Notes: a model not told the origin generated them from the sequence alone. A DNA stretch of 63,953 nt, filler included, from Globobulimina sp. (GCA_003354225.1; 28 parts of 28 records of this genome joined end to end with filler, not necessarily neighbours in it), one strand, 5' to 3'. Positions 34,228 to 47,467 are shown, numbered from the whole stretch's first letter. Translations and numbers: made by a program.

Positions 34228-34853
34228 NNNNNNNNNNNNNNNNNNNNNNNNNNNNNNNNNNNNNNNNNNNNTTAATTAATTAANNNNNNNNNNNNNNNNN
34301 NNNNNNNNNNNNNNNNNNNNNNNNNNNTCTAAATAAGTCGAAGTCCATTCGCCTGTTTAAAAGGATGAAACAAAAGAGATTACAAAGTCTGACAGTAATT
34401 ATATTTTATACTCTGTCGGCAATCTGTTAATATGAATTAACAACAATACGATATCAATATGAGTTCCAACACTTTGATTAATTGTTGCGATATGGTGGTG
34501 ATCGGAGTGCAATGGTATTTGTAATTGAATATGCAATGACGGACAGATTACACATATTTGTCACGTAATGTCTCGCATTGTTGTTTTTTGTTTATTGTGT
34601 TTTCTACGTTATATCGATAAGAGATTGCGACAGAGTCCTAAAATATAATGTTGTCTTACGTAACTTTGTAATTATGAGTGTGTGAATAAAAAAGAAGTAA
34701 AGAGTGAGAAGTGACAATGTCGTCTGCCCCAAAAAAGGAAGCAAGAAAAGTAAAGTCATCAAACAAGATAGGAAATGGAGACGAAGATCATGTTCGCGTC
34801 GCAATTCTAGTGCGACCATTTAATTCACGCGAAAATAGAAAAGTGATGTCGAG

Positions 34854-36120
34854 TCATTGACTATCGATACTTAATATTTTTTCACCAAATTGGGATAAGA
34901 ATTTTTTGACAAAGACACGAACCACATTTAATAATCCATAAAAAGAATGACCAACGCCCAGTATAATAAATAACCGCCACACTCGCGTTGATTGGGCCAA
35001 TGTCACAACAAATACCCATTTATGTCTCCAAATCAATTTTCTTTGAGCAAATAAACCCAATACAGATAATAAGAAAACTCCGCTAAAAAATATTTCAATA
35101 TAAAACTGAGTCCATTCATTCAACGGTTCCAAATAACATGGAAAACAATATCGGGGACAATCTTTCCATGGTAACCACGAATTGCATTCAGATGCACATT
35201 GCTGCGCTGCAGTTCCGCCGCGACCGGGACATATTTTATGTGAAAAATAAGTAATCGGCGACCATTCTATCATATCATATATGTATGTGGCAAATGGTAA
35301 TTTAAATGTAGCGATACCAAATAATATAATTCCAATCAATAATATAATAAAAGATATAATTTTACTCGTATTTGGATGTGAAACTATATCCGCCCATTGT
35401 GTACGGCGCAAATTATACTCATATTGACACTGATCACATCTATAATAACTACGTGCGTTTGGCGCGACTGCTCGCCATTCATTTAAGCATTTTACATGAA
35501 TCCATTTCATTGTACCCGAACAACTGAAACAAACAACACATCACATCACAAATCATAATCAAGTTTAATACATAAGTTACATACCGACAAGGTTGAAATA
35601 ATTGGCCTAGCGAAGGATTTTCGAGCTCAGAACTGAAACATAAACGACATATTTTGTGCTCATCTTCATTCCCAGTCAGATTTTCATATTGAAGGTCCAC
35701 AATGTCACTCGCATCTGGCATGCTTGCTATGTCATTGTCGTCATTATTATTTTTATTTTCTTGCTTCTGATTCAGTTTCATTGCATTCATTTCATTTTCC
35801 TTTTGTCGCGTTGTACGTGACCTTATTGTTTTTGCTTGCAATTTTTTGAGTGTTATAAAGAGTTTAGGTAATGGTCGATGTTGATTTGGCACAATGTCAC
35901 TTGATTGTAGTGTTAATAGATCATCTTTTAACACTTTACCTTTGTATGCGATATGAATAACGTATTCCGATAATGATTTGTTTAAATGTTTACATATTCT
36001 CTCTCTTAATGATTTGACAGAATCTGATGGTTCACAGTAAAGCTTAAATTGTTGGTAATTGTTACTTGGTGATATTGTATCAATCACTGTAACCGACACA
36101 GTGTAAGCTTCTTCAGCCAT
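34854..36120 (-). CDS. Ubiquitin-like domain + RING-CH (MARCH-type) membrane E3 ligase; intron 35524-35584
   Basis: CRLC..LFQPCR-CSGTMKWIHVKCLNEWR..CDQC after splicing; N-terminal Ubl (YKGKVLKD); C-terminal TM helices. Confidence 0.88.
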
Positions 36121-36301
36121 GCTAGTATGATAGGTTGAAGAAGTTAGGTTAATTAAAAACCGCTAATTATATATAATTAGGATGTTATCGGCTATATTTA
36201 TTGGAGGTGCTACATAATCCTCCATCCATTTACACATTCTCTTATTTTATTTTTTTCAGCCGAATATTTCTCTTACGTTTCCAACAAACGTGAACCAGGG
36301 G

Positions 36302-36344
36302 GTGCTGGATTTGCAAACCCAAGACAAAGGTACAACAAACCCAA
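36302..36344 (+). repeat. Short interspersed palindromic repeat, copy 1 (others at 47306-47362 and 63849-63900)
   Basis: gtgctggatttgcaaacccaag.caaag.ta.aacaaacccaa shared across three contigs. Confidence 0.8.
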
Positions 36345-36615
36345 TGCAAATTTTCTTTGCATAAAATCATATACACATATAGGCCACAGGGGGTTATCCG
36401 TATCAAAACAATATTGGGTATAGTGTGTTTTGTTGAACAATGTCTTATATATTGTTTTGTAATATTCGTAAAACTTGGACTTTTTTCGCAGTCATTTTAA
36501 ACAATGTCATAAACANNNNNNNNNNNNNNNNNNNNNNNNNNNNNNNNNNNNNNNNNNNNTTAATTAATTAANNNNNNNNNNNNNNNNNNNNNNNNNNNNN
36601 NNNNNNNNNNNNNNN

Positions 36616-37324
36616 AGAGGATGAATGCAAATCGTGTAAGAACCGGCCCCTATTCAATATGTGCTGCATTTCCTGCTGTTTGAAGTCCAATGCATTGCTT
36701 GGATTATATCAAAAAATGATATGGTGTTTCTTGATTGTTATAAAACCGTTAATCACTTATTTATCATCGTATTTTGAATACGATTATGGGACAGATTACG
36801 ATGCTAAAAATATTATATTTTATGTGATGAAAATATTAACTTTATTCACCACATTTGTTCCTATGCAGACTATGAAATCTTTTTATTTAACATTGGCACC
36901 GTATACGCGGTTAAGACGGTGTTGGATTAAGATGATTTTTGTAGCATTGTTAGCTCCGGTTTGCCAAATCCAAGAAATGAGCTTTGAGTTTTCATTCAAA
37001 GCGATCATCAAAAGACCGCTCGGATTCGAAGGCCTCGACGAACAGTATCGCTGGGCGTGTGCTTATGGCATATTGTTGTGTTTGGAAATGATGATTATGT
37101 CAATGGTTATAACATCGGTTGCGTTTCGCCCAAAAGATTTGAGACTGTGGACATTTTCTGAATGTATGCTTAAACCAAATGAACGGACACCTTATTTTGA
37201 GAATGTTGGTGCTGAAAATCAAGAGGAAGAGACAACGGGAACCATGGGAGATGCCACTGCCTCGCTTGCAAACGCATCGCTTGTGAGTTATGATCATGTT
37301 AATGGTATCAGGAAAAATAGCTAA
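36616..37324 (+). CDS. Multi-pass membrane protein, OST-alpha/TMEM184-like, 3' part
   Basis: LYQ.....IVIKPL, K..F.......Q, LLCLEM......AF pattern; 4-5 TM segments. Confidence 0.55.
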
Positions 37325-37694
37325 TTTTAATATACGTATTGTTATGGAAAATTATAAAAATAACACTTACTTTATGTAATATTATACAAATTTATAAATC
37401 AATTAACTCGAATGAAATTAAATCAAACTTAAATTATCTCAATGCGTTCAGTAATTATTTCTCTTTTATTTAAATCCAAATGATCTTATAAAGTATCACT
37501 ATTGCTCTATTGTTCTATTTATCATTCATTGAAAATACTGTTTAAATATACAACATTACAATTATGAGAGAAACAAAAGTTGTCAATAGTGTACTTATGA
37601 GAGAAATAAAGGACTAATCCTTTGCGAGCAAAATTGTTAAATTGTTCCGCAAATAAAACTTACTTACTCACTCACTCACATTATCCTCTCATTA

Positions 37695-38615
37695 ATGACA
37701 ATGGGTTCTGTTCCTTCAAACGACAATCGATCCAAATCTGTGTTCACTCGAAAGAATTTCAATGAAAGTTACGAATTGGGCGAACAAATTGGCGTTGGAT
37801 CATTTGCTGTCGTGAACAAATGTTATCGTAAAAACGATTCCGCGGAATTTGCAGTCAAAATACTAAATAAATATTTTCTCTCAGACAAAGAACTAATTGG
37901 ACTACGAAATGAAATAAAAATATTACGAAAAATAGCACATAAAAACATCATTAAACTAATTGATGTGTTTGATGATGGACAAAATGTATTCATGGTCTTG
38001 GAACTATGTAATGGCAAAGACCTATTCGACGAAATCGTGTCCACAAAACAGAAACATTTCTCTGAGAAGAAATCCGCTGAAATAATACATGCTTTATCGA
38101 ATGGATTACAACACTTACACGAAAAGGGCGCGATACACAGAGATATCAAACCGGAAAATATCTTATTTGGACTGGACGGTACGGTTAAAATAGCGGATTT
38201 TGGGTTGGCTCATTTTTGTAGAAAATCATCCGATGAGTCATCAGAAAATGCATCGATATCATATGAGTCATCATTATTATACACAACCTGTGGTAGTACA
38301 CATTATGTCGCGCCTGAAATATTAGCCAATAAAGGATACGGTAATAAATGTGATACGTGGTCCATTGGGGTGATTTTGTACATCTTATTGGTGGGTTATC
38401 AGCCATTTTATGCAGAGTCTGTGTGCGCAATTTATAAACTAATAGAAAACGGGAAATATAACTTTGATTCGAATCGATGGGATAATATTTCCGATGGCGC
38501 AAAGGATTTAGTGACGTGTTTATTGGAAGTTGATGCAACAAAACGATACTCAGCAAACGATATTCAATGCCATCCATGGATTATTAAAAATATTCAAAGT
38601 AATCAGAAAGCATAA
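37695..38615 (+). CDS. Ser/Thr protein kinase, CAMK1-like
   Basis: GVGSFAVV, FAVK, HRDIKPEN, DFG, TCGSTHYVAPE, DTWSIGVILYILL, HPW. Confidence 0.95.
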   Translation: MTMGSVPSNDNRSKSVFTRKNFNESYELGEQIGVGSFAVVNKCYRKNDSAEFAVKILNKYFLSDKELIGLRNEIKILRKIAHKNIIKLIDVFDDGQNVFMVLELCNGKDLFDEIVSTKQKHFSEKKSAEIIHALSNGLQHLHEKGAIHRDIKPENILFGLDGTVKIADFGLAHFCRKSSDESSENASISYESSLLYTTCGSTHYVAPEILANKGYGNKCDTWSIGVILYILLVGYQPFYAESVCAIYKLIENGKYNFDSNRWDNISDGAKDLVTCLLEVDATKRYSANDIQCHPWIIKNIQSNQKA

Positions 38616-38902
38616 ATGATAGTTATTGAAGAATGATAGTTTACGTTCATTTCGAAAGTGTTTTTCTTTTACACATAGTTTGCATACTTACTCTGTGGTT
38701 TTGAATGTAAATTCTGTCTTAAATTATCATCGTTTGCAATTGTTTTTTTTTATTTGTAGTGTTTGAATGAGGCATTAATTTTAAATTAATTTAAAAAAGT
38801 TANNNNNNNNNNNNNNNNNNNNNNNNNNNNNNNNNNNNNNNNNNNNTTAATTAATTAANNNNNNNNNNNNNNNNNNNNNNNNNNNNNNNNNNNNNNNNNN
38901 NN

Positions 38903-40939
38903 CATCCATCATTATTTCCTGTTTTATTATTATTATCAAAATTAATTCCACGGCAAAATAAAGCAAGCAATGCTAGCAATGATTTGAATGAGAACGGGAA
39001 TGGGAATGGATTGATTGCGTTTAAATCTTATGTTATTAAATGTGCATCACATAAATATCAACGAGTCAGACTAATGTCGGCGAGAGCATTATTACCACTT
39101 ATTTCTACGCATCAGTTGATTCCATTTTTAATTAATTTAATACAACAATTACCAAATAATATAGATGCAAATGATAGAACCAGTTCAATGAACAAAGTGC
39201 ATGGATTATTGCTACAAATTCAGTCTGTATTACGATGTTGTTACATATACATTCCTTTATTGTCACCATGTGGTGATATTTGGATCATTAATAAAATAAT
39301 TCCAATGCTAATACATAAATTATGGTTGTTAAATTGTATAAATATTGCATGTATCATCCAACAGTCTTTAATAATAGTTTGCATTTCCTTGTTGCATCGA
39401 ATATTTATCATTCAACACAATAATTATATAACTTTATCAGCCAAACAATCAGAAATTGTCATGTCTTTTTTAATCAAGATTTATAAATCTGCTTTAACTC
39501 TTTTATCAAAACGTGCGCATATTTCAAATGCAAATATTATTGAATTGGATATTGGCGAGAAAAGATTACGGAGTTTTGCAGCAAAGATATTGAGTGAATC
39601 ATTGTTATTATCACCGAATTGCACAATGAATAAATTGCAATTAAGTGAATTAATTTGTATTATGTTGTCAGATTCAAATGAATTGGTTGTCGAGTCAACT
39701 GCGAATTGCTTACGTTCAATTATTAATCATTATAAATGTCAAGAAAAGAAAGATGAAGGCACAATAAACAAAATCAATTTGTCAAAAGTATTATTAATTT
39801 GTATACGTTTAATGGATTCCAAATGTTCATTGTGGTTAAAAAGACGATTATCTTCAATCATATTATTGTTTAAAACTATAATTCAATTCAATCACAATAA
39901 TAAGTCAATCGGTAATATTCAATCATTATGGAATGTTTTATATGACATTGCATCAAATAATTGCCATTTTATTGTGCAAAGCGCTGCGATGCAAACACTA
40001 GGTACTCTCATTCATATTTTATTTATTAAAATAGCTAAATTTAATGATTTAAATCAAGAAAATGTTATTAAATCAATATTAAAAAATTGGATTATAATTC
40101 TTGTTAAATTCAGTGATGAAAATACAGCAGAAGAGCTACGATCAGTTTGTGTTTTGAGTATTCAACAATCAAATATTTTAAATCAAAATCAAGCGTATGC
40201 TGCATATAGGAATGAGATAATTGACATATGGTTGATAATGATCCGATTATTACAGGATTTTGAACTTCCAATTCGAAATATTGCATCTAAATCCATTTCA
40301 TTTTTGTTTAACTGTTCATTTGTACCGAATTATTGCATTAAACTGGTTTTTGATCATTTAGAAAAGCATTTTTTATGTATTAATTTATTGAGCAAGTTAT
40401 TGGATATTATTATTCATCCAAATGTTTGGTTTACATCATGGATATCGAAAAGTGATAAATTCAAATTATTTTTACCAGAAAGACCAAACGATGCATTTGA
40501 ACCATTACTAACAATGCAAATGGCTACACATATATTTCTTAAATATGTAAAACATAATACTCAATTTGATATTGTTACTTTGATCAATAAAAATGTAATA
40601 AACAGTATTTTATTTACTATGCAAGAGATAACAGATATTCATTTAACTAAAAATTCAATTGGAAAAGTTATTGATGCTCAAACTCACTTAATATGGACAA
40701 TATGGATGGTTCATTGGTTATCCCTATCATATTGTTACCAAATACTGTCCATATCAAGCAATCAAAATCAAGAAAAATATAAATTATCTTCCTTTGTAAT
40801 AAATCAACTAAAATCGGAATTATACAAAGTTAAAAATTGTTATAATAGCGTAACGACCGATTTTTGTGATAAATATTTGACACAATTAGAAGAAAATTTA
40901 ACTGATTATAAATCTTTGTTGTTCTTATGCTCATTTTAG
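38903..40939 (+). CDS. THADA/Trm732-like HEAT-repeat protein, C-terminal part
   Basis: VRLMSARALLP, NKVHGLLLQI, LLQD....IR, LF..E.PN...EP. Confidence 0.75.
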   Translation, partial: HPSLFPVLLLLSKLIPRQNKASNASNDLNENGNGNGLIAFKSYVIKCASHKYQRVRLMSARALLPLISTHQLIPFLINLIQQLPNNIDANDRTSSMNKVHGLLLQIQSVLRCCYIYIPLLSPCGDIWIINKIIPMLIHKLWLLNCINIACIIQQSLIIVCISLLHRIFIIQHNNYITLSAKQSEIVMSFLIKIYKSALTLLSKRAHISNANIIELDIGEKRLRSFAAKILSESLLLSPNCTMNKLQLSELICIMLSDSNELVVESTANCLRSIINHYKCQEKKDEGTINKINLSKVLLICIRLMDSKCSLWLKRRLSSIILLFKTIIQFNHNNKSIGNIQSLWNVLYDIASNNCHFIVQSAAMQTLGTLIHILFIKIAKFNDLNQENVIKSILKNWIIILVKFSDENTAEELRSVCVLSIQQSNILNQNQAYAAYRNEIIDIWLIMIRLLQDFELPIRNIASKSISFLFNCSFVPNYCIKLVFDHLEKHFLCINLLSKLLDIIIHPNVWFTSWISKSDKFKLFLPERPNDAFEPLLTMQMATHIFLKYVKHNTQFDIVTLINKNVINSILFTMQEITDIHLTKNSIGKVIDAQTHLIWTIWMVHWLSLSYCYQILSISSNQNQEKYKLSSFVINQLKSELYKVKNCYNSVTTDFCDKYLTQLEENLTDYKSLLFLCSF

Positions 40940-41269
40940 TGACACAGTGTATTTTTCTTTGAAAGTTTTTGTTTGTTGACCATGTCAGTAATAGAGGGTA
41001 TACCAACCAAAGACAATATATTTTGCTTTGAAGAATGGTTATCCTCATCAGGATTATCTGCATTGCAAGATATATTAATAAAACATAATNNNNNNNNNNN
41101 NNNNNNNNNNNNNNNNNNNNNNNNNNNNNNNNNTTAATTAATTAANNNNNNNNNNNNNNNNNNNNNNNNNNNNNNNNNNNNNNNNNNNNGAGGCGGGACG
41201 CCCGAGCCTCCTTCCTTGGACGACGCGAAGCGACTTCTGGCCAAACGGGGCAAAATGGGGTACGACCTG

Positions 41270-41687
41270 AAGCGTCGCTTAAAAATGCAGTGATTTCTTC
41301 GGTTGTCGGTGGATTATTATTATCCGCAGCGTCATTATTATTATTTGGTTTTGTACTTTGTATTGGCTCTAATTTTTCTTCTTTTTCGTCTTTTTCGTTT
41401 GTTTCTGTACGGTTTCCGGCAGAATCAACAATGTATAGTTTCAATGATTTCTTTCCTGATTTGGTGCCGAATGCAAACGCATCTTCAAAATCTTCTTGTG
41501 ATGCCATTGTGGTTTGGTCATCATCATCATCTTTGAATGTTACTCGAAATTGTTTGACATCATCGAATTCAAATGTTTTACACACAAACGCCAATAAATC
41601 TTTATATGCTGATTGTGGCGGTTTAGCTTCGGTTATATTGTATCGCCATAATCTCATATCTTCCCCGTAAACGATTTTAATTTTCAT
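41270..41687 (-). CDS. PB1-domain protein, 5' fragment
   Basis: KIKIVYGEDMR and the acidic OPCA motif FKDDDDDQTTMASQEDFEDA. Confidence 0.85.
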
Positions 41688-41845
41688 ATTGTTTGGTCAC
41701 TACGATAGTGAATAATGGGTTAGTTTTAGCAAGAAAAGAATGAATAGAAAGTTGTAAAAGAATGTGTTTTTGGTTGATTTTTTGATAAAAATTTCTACGA
41801 AAATTAACCTACTTCAAAAAGTATTTTACTAACGGTAACCTGATC

Positions 41846-43149
41846 ATGTCTCAACATCAAGCCCTAAAACACCGAGCAACAAAGAGCTACGGGTCTACAG
41901 ATTCACGTTTTGAAGTTAAGGATGGAGAATCTGATGATGAAGATCTAGATCAATGCGGACCAAAGTTCAACAAAAAACTCAATGAAGTTAGATCCATGAC
42001 TGAATTCTATGAATGGCTAACTACTGATATGTGGAGTAAACTTCATATCCTATTTTTTTTTATTTCAATGCTTATCCCATTCATAATTGCATTTTACTAT
42101 TTTATATTACACGAATACAATACATCTTATGTTGTTGCTGGAATCTATGGAATTTGTGCTTCATTATATGCAATGAATCATTTTCGAACATTATTTGCAT
42201 TAAGAAACGAAGTTAATACCTACCAAACTATGAATGTTCAATTTAGAAAAGAACGGAGCAAAATGGACAAACAAATTAAAACATTAAGAAAAGGAAAAGA
42301 AGAATTAAGAGATATTGACACCAAATTACAAACATCGAATCTAAAAATGATTGATATGATTAAAAAGTTTCAACATTTAGAAGATCGATTGAATGCATTA
42401 AATATATCAAACAATGAAACAATTTCCGACATTGGTCACAGAGCTGATGCATTGAGGTAAAATTAATTGTTTCTGTCGCATTTGATGCAATGTTGTAATG
42501 TTTGCAAAGAGTCAAAAACGAATTAAAATGGAAATGGAATATACTTTGATTAACGTTTTCAGTGTTTGCCAACATTGCAACTGTTGATTGTGATGTGTAA
42601 TGTGACTGTGACAGGAGCAAATATTATGATGTTTCACTACAACAACAACGCCATCTGTTATGGAAACTATTTGAACGATTAGAGTTTGCGGGTACTAATA
42701 AAAGTGGATTAACAAAAGAAGATTATGAAACATTTTATGAATTGGTACCAAAGCAATATCAGGAAAGATTTGATCGTTTGGGTGGATTCCCCGCATTGTT
42801 GAAAATGTCCAGCAAACCGCAGAAAAACTATGTGGATGCAAAAGATTTTGAAAGAGCATTGAGTATTTATGCAAAAATGCATGTTGAAAATGTAGATTTG
42901 GTGTTTAAATTGGATGCAAAGAAAAGGAAAAATCAATTGAAAAAAGGACAGAGTTTCCTTAGAGGTGTCACAATTATTGAGACAAAACAACGTAAAGGGT
43001 TTTATTTGAGCAAAGAAGCCATTTGGGCCGCAGCAAGAGAACAAGAATCATCATCATCACGTTCAGCGTCAGAATCTCCAGTACATATTAGCGATATTAC
43101 GGAACCGGTATTTGGACGCCAAAAACGTATCAATTATCAAGTATCTTGA
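41846..43149 (+). CDS. Two-TM + coiled-coil protein with EF-hand-like C-terminal region, multi-exon
   Basis: ORFs 41846-42460 and 42742-43149 separated by intron-like sequence (GT near 42458, AG near 42614). Confidence 0.55.
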
Positions 43150-43476
43150 TAGTATATTTTAGTCTATCTATTAATCTATTTTCTAATATACATATTTTAA
43201 TTTTATATTTGTATTTATTATCATTTTCAAAAGCATGTACTCTTTTTTTTTTGGTTTAAATTACTGAAATGCATTTGCAGAATTCGTGAAAAATGGTAAA
43301 ATATTGGTACAGTATGATTAAATTTTTTTATTTTTCTATTTTTTCATGATTTTCGAAAAAAAAAATACATGCGTTCNNNNNNNNNNNNNNNNNNNNNNNN
43401 NNNNNNNNNNNNNNNNNNNNTTAATTAATTAANNNNNNNNNNNNNNNNNNNNNNNNNNNNNNNNNNNNNNNNNNNN

Positions 43477-44463
43477 ATTCGATCCTCATTTCCAAAGATA
43501 TTTAACTTTCATAAAGATTTTCTCAATAAATTGAAATATGTTTTTTCTGATAACAATGCAGACAATAAAACATTGCCCAGTGTGTTTAATAAACGCATTA
43601 AACAAAATAAGGAAGAATTCATTGATAAATATATGCAATTAATCAGCGATTATGATAAAATATTGGATTTATTTGTTTCTGTATTTCATGGCAACTTGGA
43701 ATTGGACCACTTTTTGCAAGAAAAAAGAAAAGAAGGAAAAGCTTTGTCTGGCTATTTAATATCACCCGTTCAGAGAGTGCCGAGATATATTTTATTATTG
43801 ACAGATTTGCGCAAAAACACAGAGATGGCGCATGACGATTATGCGGATATCAATGATGCAGTCGAAATGATGGAAGAGATCACTCGAGAAATAAATGAAA
43901 GGAAGCGGAAAATTGAGAACTTATCACAATGTTTACAAATTCAAGAAGTATTAACAGGATTAAAGGAATGCATTGTGAATGATGATAGAAGGTTTATCGA
44001 ACAGTTTATTTTCATCAAAAAATGTATAAAACATCAACGCTTATTTTTATTATTTAGTGATATTGTTATTGTAGCAAATGAAAAGTGGCAGGTTTGTTTT
44101 TATTAACTGTTACTGTGTTATATGATAAACCACAAACAATCCATTATCCATATCATATGCATGCAGGTTAAACATATTTTGGATATTCGAACATTGGAAG
44201 TTAAAGTGTTTAAGGATAATTTTAAAAATGGCAAATCATACAAAGCGAAGAGAAAACACGTACATTTACCAGAATTCGAATTGGTATCGGTTGGATCAGG
44301 GAGCGTCATCTATATCGGAGAAGATATAGACACAATCATTAAATTTAGGAAATTAATCGGAAAATGGAGAGTGCAAATAATGAGTGATGATGTACGGCAA
44401 AGAAATGAGACTTTAGGATCATTGAGAAATGAATTGAGTCGACAAGCATTGTTGTACGATTAA
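43477..44463 (+). CDS. DH-PH RhoGEF, 3' part; intron 44092-44166
   Basis: LSGYLISPVQRVPRYILLLTDLRKNT, INERKR, RLFLLFSDIVIVA. Confidence 0.9.
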
Positions 44464-44861
44464 TATGTTTTTGTAATGAATTGATTTTGTTACAAAATGT
44501 ATAGTGTCCATATGAAACCATAATGAAACAAGAATTATTGTAAACCTATAAAATGTGATGCTAGAAAAAACTGTTCAAATATGCTATCAACATCAAGTGA
44601 GTCAATACCTTTATTACAGAGCAAATTGCATGGAATGCCGTCCAAATGGCTAGTCCTACAAAGTACGTATGTGCGTTCACATATCTCTTTCTCTAAAAAC
44701 ACAATTTGCAATTGTGAAACATGCAAAATTAAGGTTTATTTTTTTTTATAATTACAATCATTCTGTGTTACATTTTACTAATCTTCAATAAACCAACAAC
44801 ATTTTCAAAATATCCAACAAATACAACCAATTTAGATTTTAAATCTTTTCAATTCTCATCA

Positions 44862-45663
44862 ATGACACCATCCATTGCTTCCATCCAATATAATAACTAT
44901 TGTAATCTAAGAAAACAGAAGGAATTTACTAATGATTACATCCATAAAAATGAATATTTTGCTGATTATGAATCATTTAAAAAATACGGAATATCAATAA
45001 AATATAACCAAAATACGATAAATAAAGGAATATTTAATACAATTGAAAATATATCTCAATGGATAATAACATCAACAAACAGAACAATACATTTGTTTGA
45101 GAGTGGATGGCAGTTTGTAGAATCGACACAATTTAAACAAGAAATAATATCCATTTTACAATCAGAAACAACATTTTATAACAAACAATTTCTGGAATAT
45201 TTGTTATATTTATTAAATAATAAAGAGTTAACGTTGAATAATACTATTTTAGTATCAATGACAGATACTTTTGGAAATAGCCAATTTGATGATATTAATT
45301 ATGCAAAGCTTAAGCAAATATTACTGCAGCAAAGTATTGATTCGTTTGGTGGTGGCATTGGGTTTGGAATACAAATATATTGTGATGATATTTTAATATT
45401 TGATGGTGGAGCAGGTGGTGGCGGTGGATATAACACAATGGATAATCCAAATATATTTGAGTATGGTGGAGGTGGTGGTATCCAAATAAATAACATATGT
45501 ATTGGCGGTGGCACTGGATTTGAATCCTGCAAATTTAAATTTGATCCAAATACCAATTACAAACAGTTTTATGATGTTGAATTACCATATTTTAAGGGAT
45601 TATTTGTCGAGAACAGGAAATGTGATATGTTGCGGCTAGTCAGTGGTGGTGGAAGTGGTTCCG
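44862..45663 (+). CDS. Hypothetical protein with glycine-rich motifs, 3' truncated
   Basis: Open frame of more than 260 aa with FGGGIG, GGAGGGGG, GGGGG. Confidence 0.55.
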
Positions 45664-45763
45664 NNNNNNNNNNNNNNNNNNNNNNNNNNNNNNNNNNNNN
45701 NNNNNNNTTAATTAATTAANNNNNNNNNNNNNNNNNNNNNNNNNNNNNNNNNNNNNNNNNNNN

Positions 45764-46950
45764 CTTCCAATGCTTTCAATTCAACGGAGGTTCTCCATAT
45801 TTCATGCGATGCAATATTTAATGATTTTGTCTGAAATGAATTCTGTATTTTTTCTACATCTTGTTCTAAGTCAACCAATCGTTTCTTAGTTTGCTCCATT
45901 TCTGAGATATTTGAATATTTGAGATCATTGCAAATCACCGTTAATTTCGAAAATAGGCTTTTTGCTGCTTCTAATTCTTTCTCAACAATTCTTCGTGGAG
46001 GTGCTGGTTGTAATGATAATCGTTTTTCAAGTTTTTTCTCATCGCGTTTTAAAACTTTTACTAAAACCTGACTTGGAAATTCTTTTTCGTTAAGATTTCT
46101 AGAGTTTATAGCTTTATTATATTCGATTATTTTGGTTAAGCCACTAGTCCATAATAAATAATCATTCTTATTTTTGCTGATTACATCCAATGTTTTCTCT
46201 CCTCCATATATTAAAGAGAAAGAACACGGCCCTAAAAGTGGTTGCAAGTGCTTTTTAAAAACTGCAGTCATCTGACCGACTACGATACGACTTACATCTC
46301 GCAAATCAATACGTGATTTATTCAGTTTCTTTGATGAACTGTACCACATTAAATATCGCGAATCTTGCGACAGTTCAAAATGCCTAAAATGTGGATAACC
46401 GATTCTTCCGTATTTTAACATTGAACTACCATTTTTCATAAACTCCAATGCGTCAATTGTTTCGTATTCGATTTTATTACTTTTAACTGATTGATTGTCA
46501 TCCAACTGAGTCAAACATACCAATCGTTTTTCTTGTAACACTTTTAATTTATCTTTGTATTTCTTAATTTTTGCGTCGATATTACCCAACTTTTCGGTGA
46601 TAGTTTTCCGAGCTAATTGCTGGTTTTTATCTGGTTGCATGTGTTCGGAATTGCCATTGTCAGATTGTGACTGTGAAATGATGTTATTACTTTTTTCTCC
46701 TTCAACTCCATCATTATCTGCGATAATTTGGTAATTGTTGACATTGTTTGAAAGGTTTGAGACAGGAAAATCACAGAAAGGTTCTTGTTTTATATTTATG
46801 TTAAAAGTGTTTTCCACTTTCTGTGGTTCTCTGAATGGAGTATCACCGAATATATTCAATATAGATAATGTGTCTGTATCTATATCATTTGCATTTGAAT
46901 TTAAAAATGATACTCGATCGTTATCGTTTGGTTTTTGAGGTGATTTTGCT
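45764..46950 (-). CDS. Coiled-coil + PH-domain protein (PLC/PRAF-type PH), exon fragment
   Basis: MKNGSSMLKYGR.G.PHFR.F.LS.D...L.W, IVVGQ.T..F, SFSLIY...TLDVI......W..GL. Confidence 0.8.
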
Positions 46951-47467
46951 AATCAATAAATAAATTAAATAAATAAATGTAATGATAGAAAAAAAACACA
47001 TAACCTCTTTTCTTTCTTTTTTTGGATTGTTTTGGTGGCGGAAGAGTGACAATATCCGTAATATCCATTACTTAAAGACAATATCCGTAATATCCGTATT
47101 TCCTCGTGTATTAATTATGATATTGTTACGTGTGTACTGGAGGACTACGCTTAGTATTTTGATATAATGAATTAATAAAGGATATACATGTGCACATTTT
47201 AAACAACTGTTTGTTTGCAACACTAGGTGAAAACTTTTAATAAAACCACCATTTGGATTAACTTCACGGCACCACCTTTGTATATACATTCCATTCAGTC
47301 ATACATTTGTTATAACTTTGTGCTGGATTTGCAAACCCAAGGCAAAGTTATAACAAACCCAACAAAGTGTAACTATATAGACTGTTTTTAGTAATATCTT
47401 CTTCAAAACAGTAAGCAATACAAAACATTAAGAAATACAAAACAAATGAAAAACAATGCAGTCAATA

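Noticed and set aside
47048-47100. Short repeats gacaatatccgtaatatcc
   Set aside because: Two to three short copies, probably coding low-complexity (TDITDI) on the minus strand; no further structure
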